A DNA stretch of 64,000 nt from Anolis carolinensis (taxonomy: Eukaryota). Of this stretch, positions 58,285 through 64,000 are shown one piece after another. Under the pieces are notes generated by a model that did not search any database, was not told the origin of the DNA, and saw only the letters and a program-made list of their open reading frames with translations. A program made the position numbers and the translations under genes. The stretch is taken from assembly GCF_035594765.1 (NCBI RefSeq), contig NC_085846.1, positions 20,509,190-20,573,189 on the forward strand, read 5' to 3'. Position 1 is the stretch's first letter; the number at the start of each line of letters is the position of its first letter.

Positions 58285-59597
58285 CTAATGTGTGCAACAT
58301 AGGAGACAAATTATTAATAACTTCAGCAAGACAAGGTGCTTGTCAAAACTGAGGTGAAAGATTCCTATTCCAATCCATTAAGCCTTTATTGGCATATATA
58401 ACAAGACAGTGTAAAATACCATGTACATTATACAATAGAAAACTTTGTGTTATACATTCAAAATGCCGCTACCAACGTTTCTGTTTGAGCTGAAAGATTA
58501 TTTGCTCTATGTCGATTATATCTTGACTGTTATGCCTTGAATTAATAGTAAATGTATTTTAAATACACAAAATGAATTATGATATAGTTCAACATAGTAG
58601 AAGTAAATTTACACATCTTGCAACCTGTTTCTCAATTTCAACAATAGATTATTATCATAGGTTTTGTAAATTTGAATAAAGGCCTGTTATGTTTCAAAGA
58701 TAGAACCAATCATAATATTGGTGTGGAAGAGAAAAATCATTTTGCGTCTCATTATCAGCATTTAAAATCTTATTCATTCATAGATTGAAATTGCATTTGA
58801 ATAAGGGTTTGATGTGTGTGTGGACCACTTTGGAAGCACACTTATCACTTTCATGTGCATGGCTGGTGTATGTGTGACATTTTTTTCCTTGAAACAGTAA
58901 TGGCTACACAAATTATATTTGGTGCTTCCAGACAGCGCTAAATCATGGGTTTTAGTCAGGGGCAAAAAAACCTGGGACCTGAGAAGAGGTCCACATGCAG
59001 ACCTGTTGGTCCCGGGATATCTACCTCTGTCGTCCACACCTGCTGCTTTGTCTTGGGATTTTGCAGCCCCAAAGATGGCCTCTGCGGAATGTCTGCCATA
59101 AATGTTGGCTTAAAAAAAAAAACTTAAGATGAAAATATGCGAATCATTGTATAAGTTCCATTCCTGGGTTATAAAGGCTGTGTGGATATCTGTGTACTTG
59201 TGCCTGGGAACTACACGGTGATGTTCCTGGGTTACACATGTCTGTTCCTCATTGCTGTTATTGTGAAAAGAGGTACAATGTTGACTAGAGGGCGACAACT
59301 TTGTCCGGTCAGGAGCAACTTTGCCATCCACACCTTCAATTAAGTTTGTGGCACACAAACAAAATTTGTGGAGTAGGACCACTATTTTCAAGGTCAGGAC
59401 TACACTAATACACAGGAACTGACACTTTCAAGCCAGGAACAGGACTTTGTCATTATTCTCATTCATAGACTGCATGGCCATCTATCCAGACAGGTTTGGT
59501 TGAGTACTTGCACCTGGGAACAATGGGATGATGCTCCTGGGTTATACATGTCTGTTCTTCATTGCTTTTATCATAAAAACACGGAGAAAGTTGATTA

Positions 59598-60511
59598 CTG
59601 TATATACTCAAGTATAAGCCTAGTTTTTCAGCCCTTTTTTAAAGACTGAAATAGCCCCTCTTGGCTTATACTCGGGTGAGGGTCCCGGTTGGCTTATATT
59701 TGGGTCAGCTTATACTTGAGAATATATGGAACATTTATTATTTTTCTCCATTATTATTGGTATTATTACATTTATTATTTTTCTCTATTATTGTTGCTAC
59801 TATTGCATTTATTTTACTCTATTATTATTATTATTATTATTACATTTATTTCACTGATATTATTATTGCATTTATTATTTTACTCTATTTATTATTACAT
59901 GTATTATTTTACTCTATTATAATTAAAAGGCTACATAAGCACATTTACATTGAAGAAGATGAGAATAATGATTTAATCAGAGTTGGACAGTCTTATCTTA
60001 AATTTGAACTTTATGTAAATACATACAGTAGACTCTCACTTATCCAACACTCACTTATCCAACACATTTTTGTAGTCAATGTTTTCAATGCATTGTGATA
60101 TTTTGGTGCTAAATTCGTAAATACAGTAATTACTACATAGCATTAATGTGTAATGAACTACTTTTTCTGTCAAATGTGTTGTATAACATGATGTTTTGGT
60201 GCTTAATTTGTAAAATCATAACCTATTTTGATGTTTAATAGGCTTTTTCTTAATCTCTCCTTATTATCCAACACATTCACTTATCCAACATTCTGCTGGC
60301 CCGTTTATGTTGGATAAGTGAGACTCTACTGTATTCAAAAACATTTAACCTACTGATGCCTCAATTAATGTAATTTTATTGGTATCTGTTTTTATTTCTG
60401 AAATTTACCACCATCGGCTTATACGGGAGTCAATGTTTTCCCAGGTTTTTTTGTGGTAAAATTAGGTGCCTCGGCTTATATTCGGGTCAGCTTATACTTG
60501 AGTATATACGG
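59598..60511. mobile_element. pogo/Tc2-like MITE with a nested Tigger-like MITE
   Basis: TIR CTGTATATACTCAAGTATAAGC / GCTTATACTTGAGTATATACGG, TA TSD. Confidence 0.88.
60026..60331. mobile_element. Tigger-like MITE (nested), same family as 12958-13277
   Basis: CAGTAGAC/GTCTCACTTATCC TIRs, TA TSD. Confidence 0.9.
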
Positions 60512-62506
60512 TACTTAGCAAACCTTTGTTTTTGTGTCACAAACTTCATTAAACATGTGGAGGATGAGGTTTCTCTTGCCAGGATAAATTTTTCACTCTA
60601 TAGTCAACTGTTGCCATGTTTTTAAGATACAACCAGTTAGGAACCAACATGTATAACCCAGGAACAAACCAACACAAAAATCCCATGTTTTCTGAGTGTA
60701 GTAACATACAGACACTCAAAGATGTGCAGTTTCGGGCTAGAACCGGGATATTCCCGCACCTGAAATTCTCGTGGTTTTTTAAATTTAAATTTAAATTTTT
60801 TGCTTTGTACTGATTTCTCCTGCAATTTCAGGGAATGGCTTTTGGCCTCCCTCCATTTTACAGCAGGAGCTCCTGGGATAAAGGTACTGTCTGGACGCAC
60901 CCTTACTTACAGCCAGTGGACTATATTGGAGGAAAACATGATGTATTGCCAAAATATATTCAATTTTCCCCATAGAAATACTTCTTTCTGCCAGCCAGTG
61001 TAATGTATTGGCACAGTACGTTTTGATGGCTCTTTTTAAATTTCTTCTTGCCATTGGAGATCACTGGCACTGGGTGCATGATAGAGCAGATGCCTACTTG
61101 CTGCAATGGCCAATAAACTGAAATAGAATAGAATGAGACCTGTGCAGATCGGTAGTTCTCTGATCTGGGATGCCCCCCCCCCCCCCTTCCAGGTCCTAGA
61201 GAGCACTTGCATATCTTGGGAATACTTCTAGATACCTACCATGGTTCAATGTGATGGAATCTTGGGATTCGTTGTTTGACAAAACACCAGCCCTCTGTGA
61301 CAGACTAAGCTAAAGGACTTGTAAAACTACAACTTCTATGATTTGATAGTATTGAGCCATGGTAATTAAAGTCATATCAAACTGCATTAATTCTACAGTG
61401 TAAAATCCTTGTTAGATGAAAAAGGCAAGAAAGGACTTAAGAAGCACAATATAGGTCAACATAGGTTGGAAAATGTAGGTTGGGGAAATGGTTGCTGAAT
61501 GACTTTTGCTGATATTTCAGATGTTGTCACAATGGACTTTCCCCTCTCTGCACAATTTTAAAGATATATTGACTATGAACATAAGCTTACACCAGGTACT
61601 TCACACAACATTTAACCCTGTACTCCTGTTATTATATTTGTCCTTCACATTCTACTCCATATTGGATCTACTGCATAGAGAATATAAGATGGGTAAGAGC
61701 ATGTGAGCTCGGTGATGCCGATTCTCACAATTTCCCTCAATGAGTAACTTGATTAAAGGCTAACACAACAGCAGTAAACACTATTGAATCAATGTTTTAT
61801 TAATAGCATCAAGCACAAATGTTGATTCATGACTTCTATCAATGTTGCAATTATACACAGCTCAAAAACTGTCTAGAACAACCTCCTGTTTCCTTTTTCT
61901 TGCCTTCTTTCACACACTTTAAGTTTTCAGTTCAATACTTCATCAAAGATTAAACTATATATGAGTTAAACTCTCATGTGTTCCACTTCTCAAACCAACT
62001 TTCCAAGAGCTTTGATTGAGTGTTCCATGTTGGGGATACCCTATTCTGTTCTGGTGTCCATCACACTGATGTTGCAATTTTATATGTATCAAAGATGCAC
62101 TTTCATGTGTAGTATACTTTTTCCAAAGCATATCTATGTGGCATTTTCATAAATATGCATTTATGCTGGTACTGTGGGATCCATACCCTCCATGGGAAGA
62201 GATAACTCATGGCCTTGCTTGCATGACCTCTCAAAAACATCCAGTGCTTCTCAAGGAAGGGAAAATGACTTTATTTAAGCTCAACAATTCCTCAGCCAAG
62301 TGAAAAGAGGAGTTTATAGACTACCTTGGAATGGCACTTGTGTCTTGCATGTGCATGACCACTTTCAAATAGTATACAATACACAAAGTATCTTATGTTG
62401 TGAGGAGTACACTTTCTTTACTTTTCTATGATGTTCAAGTGCCTATGTTTGGCTAGTGTTTCCTAACCATAGCAGTTAAATATCAAGGGAAAGCCCATTT
62501 TTGATC

Positions 62507-62709
62507 TACACACTTTTACTGATGAATCATAATGATCACTCCTGGGATCAAAGCTCCAGAAGCTTTGGGGACAGATAAATGCATCTCATGTACAAAAGAA
62601 CAAATGTTTCATAATAGATCAAAGTGGAGGGGAATATTTAAAGTTGCTTTACTTCTCTAGTCTTCTCAGTCTATCATTGTTGGAGCAGAATGTACATCTG
62701 AAGGTAAGA
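62507..62709 (+). promoter_or_regulatory. Putative OR promoter/first non-coding exon for a gene outside the window
   Basis: TAATGA 62530-62535, CTCCTGGGAT 62539-62548, TCCAGAAGC, donor AAG|GTAAGA at 62704; clear homology to 48231-48452. Confidence 0.6.
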
Positions 62710-62729
62710 GATAGCTGAGGAAAATAGTA

Positions 62730-64000
62730 TTGTCAAAGGTTTTCATGGTCGGAATCACTGGGTAGTTGTGCATTTTCCAAGAATGTATAGCCATGTTCCA
62801 GAAGCATTTTCTCCTGACGTTTTGCCTACATCTATGGCAGGCATCCTCTGAGGTTGTGAGATATATTGGAAAACTAAGAAAGGTAGGTTTATATATCTGT
62901 GGAAGGTCCAGGGTGGGAGAAAGAACTCTTGTCTGTTGGAAGCCAGTGTGAATGTTGTAATTAGTCACCTTGATTAGCATTAATGGCCTTGCCAACTTTG
63001 TAGCCTGGCTTCTTCCTGTTTGGAGGAATCCTTTATTCGGAGGTGTTAGTAAGTAAGTAAGTAAGTAAATAAGTAAGTAAAAGTTTATTTGTATACCTGT
63101 TAGCTGCCTCTGATTGATTCATGTCTGGAATTCCCCTGTTTTCTGAGTGTTGTTCTTTATTTACTGTTCTGATTTTAGAATTTTTAAAATACTGGTAGCT
63201 AGATCCTTTTTTCATCTTTATGGTTTCCTCCTTTCTGTTGAAATTGTCCACATGCTTGTGGATTTCAATGGCATCTCTGTGTAGTCTGACATGATAGTTG
63301 TTATAGTGGTCCAGCATTTTTGTGTTCTCAAATAATATATTGTATCCAGGTTGGTTCATCAAGTGCTGTGCCATGGCTGACTTCTCTGGTTGTGTTACTC
63401 TGCAGTGCATTTCATGTTCCATGATTCGTGTTTGGGCAATGCTGTGTTTGGTGGTCCCTATGTAGACTTGTCCACAGCTGCACGGTATACAGTAGAGTCT
63501 TGCAGAGGAGAGAGGATTCCTCTTGTCCTTCGCTGAACATAGCATTTGTTGGATTTTCTTAGTGGGTCTGTAGATAGTTTGTAGATTGTGTTTCTTCATC
63601 AGCTTTCCTATGCGGTCAGTGGTTCCTTTTCCTCTGGGTGGATCTTTGTTTTTACTCTCATGGCTTGTTCTTGGCCTTGCAACTCTTCTGATGCTCGTGG
63701 TGGAGTATCCATTGGCCTGTAGATCCCAGTTTAGGTGTTTTTGTTCACCTTGGAGGAGGTTGGATTCGCAGATTCTTTTTGCATGGACTGCCAGGGCTTT
63801 GATTGTGCATTTTTTAAAAAAAAATATTGGGTAATGGTTGGAGTTTTTATGAAGGTATCTATCCGTGTGTGTAGGTTTTCTGTAAACTGTGTGGCCCAGT
63901 TGTTGATTGGGTTTGCGGAAGACTAGAGCATCTAGAAATGGCAGTTTTCCTTTATTTTCTTTTTCCATGATGAATTGGATGTTTGGGTGGACGCTGTTGA
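62730..64000 (-). mobile_element. Penelope-like element (RT C-terminus + GIY-YIG endonuclease + pLTR), decayed, runs off the window
   Basis: ORF 63033-63968: LPFLD, VYRKPTHTDRYLH, LYCIPCSCGQVYIGTT..RIMEH. Confidence 0.92.

Noticed and set aside
58920-60900. Repeated ATAACCCAGGAACA motifs in both orientations
   Set aside because: Most likely subterminal repeats of a degraded DNA transposon; no coding or other structure can be supported.
63033-63968. 311-aa ORF as a functional or domesticated GIY-YIG gene
   Set aside because: It shows an apparent internal deletion and substitutions and a microsatellite-derived C-terminus; it is a decayed Penelope copy.

Overview
This is eukaryotic, AT-rich vertebrate DNA, most likely a squamate reptile (Anolis-like, judged from Sauria SINEs, Penelope/Poseidon, R4/Dong, CR1, Helitron, hAT and Tc1/mariner MITEs). 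The host content is a cluster of five apparently intact olfactory receptor genes (family-14/gamma-like). Four copies of a conserved promoter plus first non-coding exon module (O/E-like site and splice donor) occur; the last copy predicts a sixth OR beyond the right edge. Most of the rest is transposon debris, often nested. The main object is a complete, very young Ty3/Gypsy (Tf1/sushi-like) element at 51445-56761 with identical 303-bp LTRs and one uninterrupted gag-pol ORF. It has an 11-nt self-priming PBS instead of a tRNA PBS. A consensus splice donor right after gag and an acceptor right after the pol stop suggest that the entire pol region is a removable phase-0 intron. Also notable are open reading frames running through LTR U3 regions (one with an acidic FxGF motif) and Penelope hammerhead ribozymes. 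All calls were made by eye without database searches, and the boundaries of old repeats are approximate.
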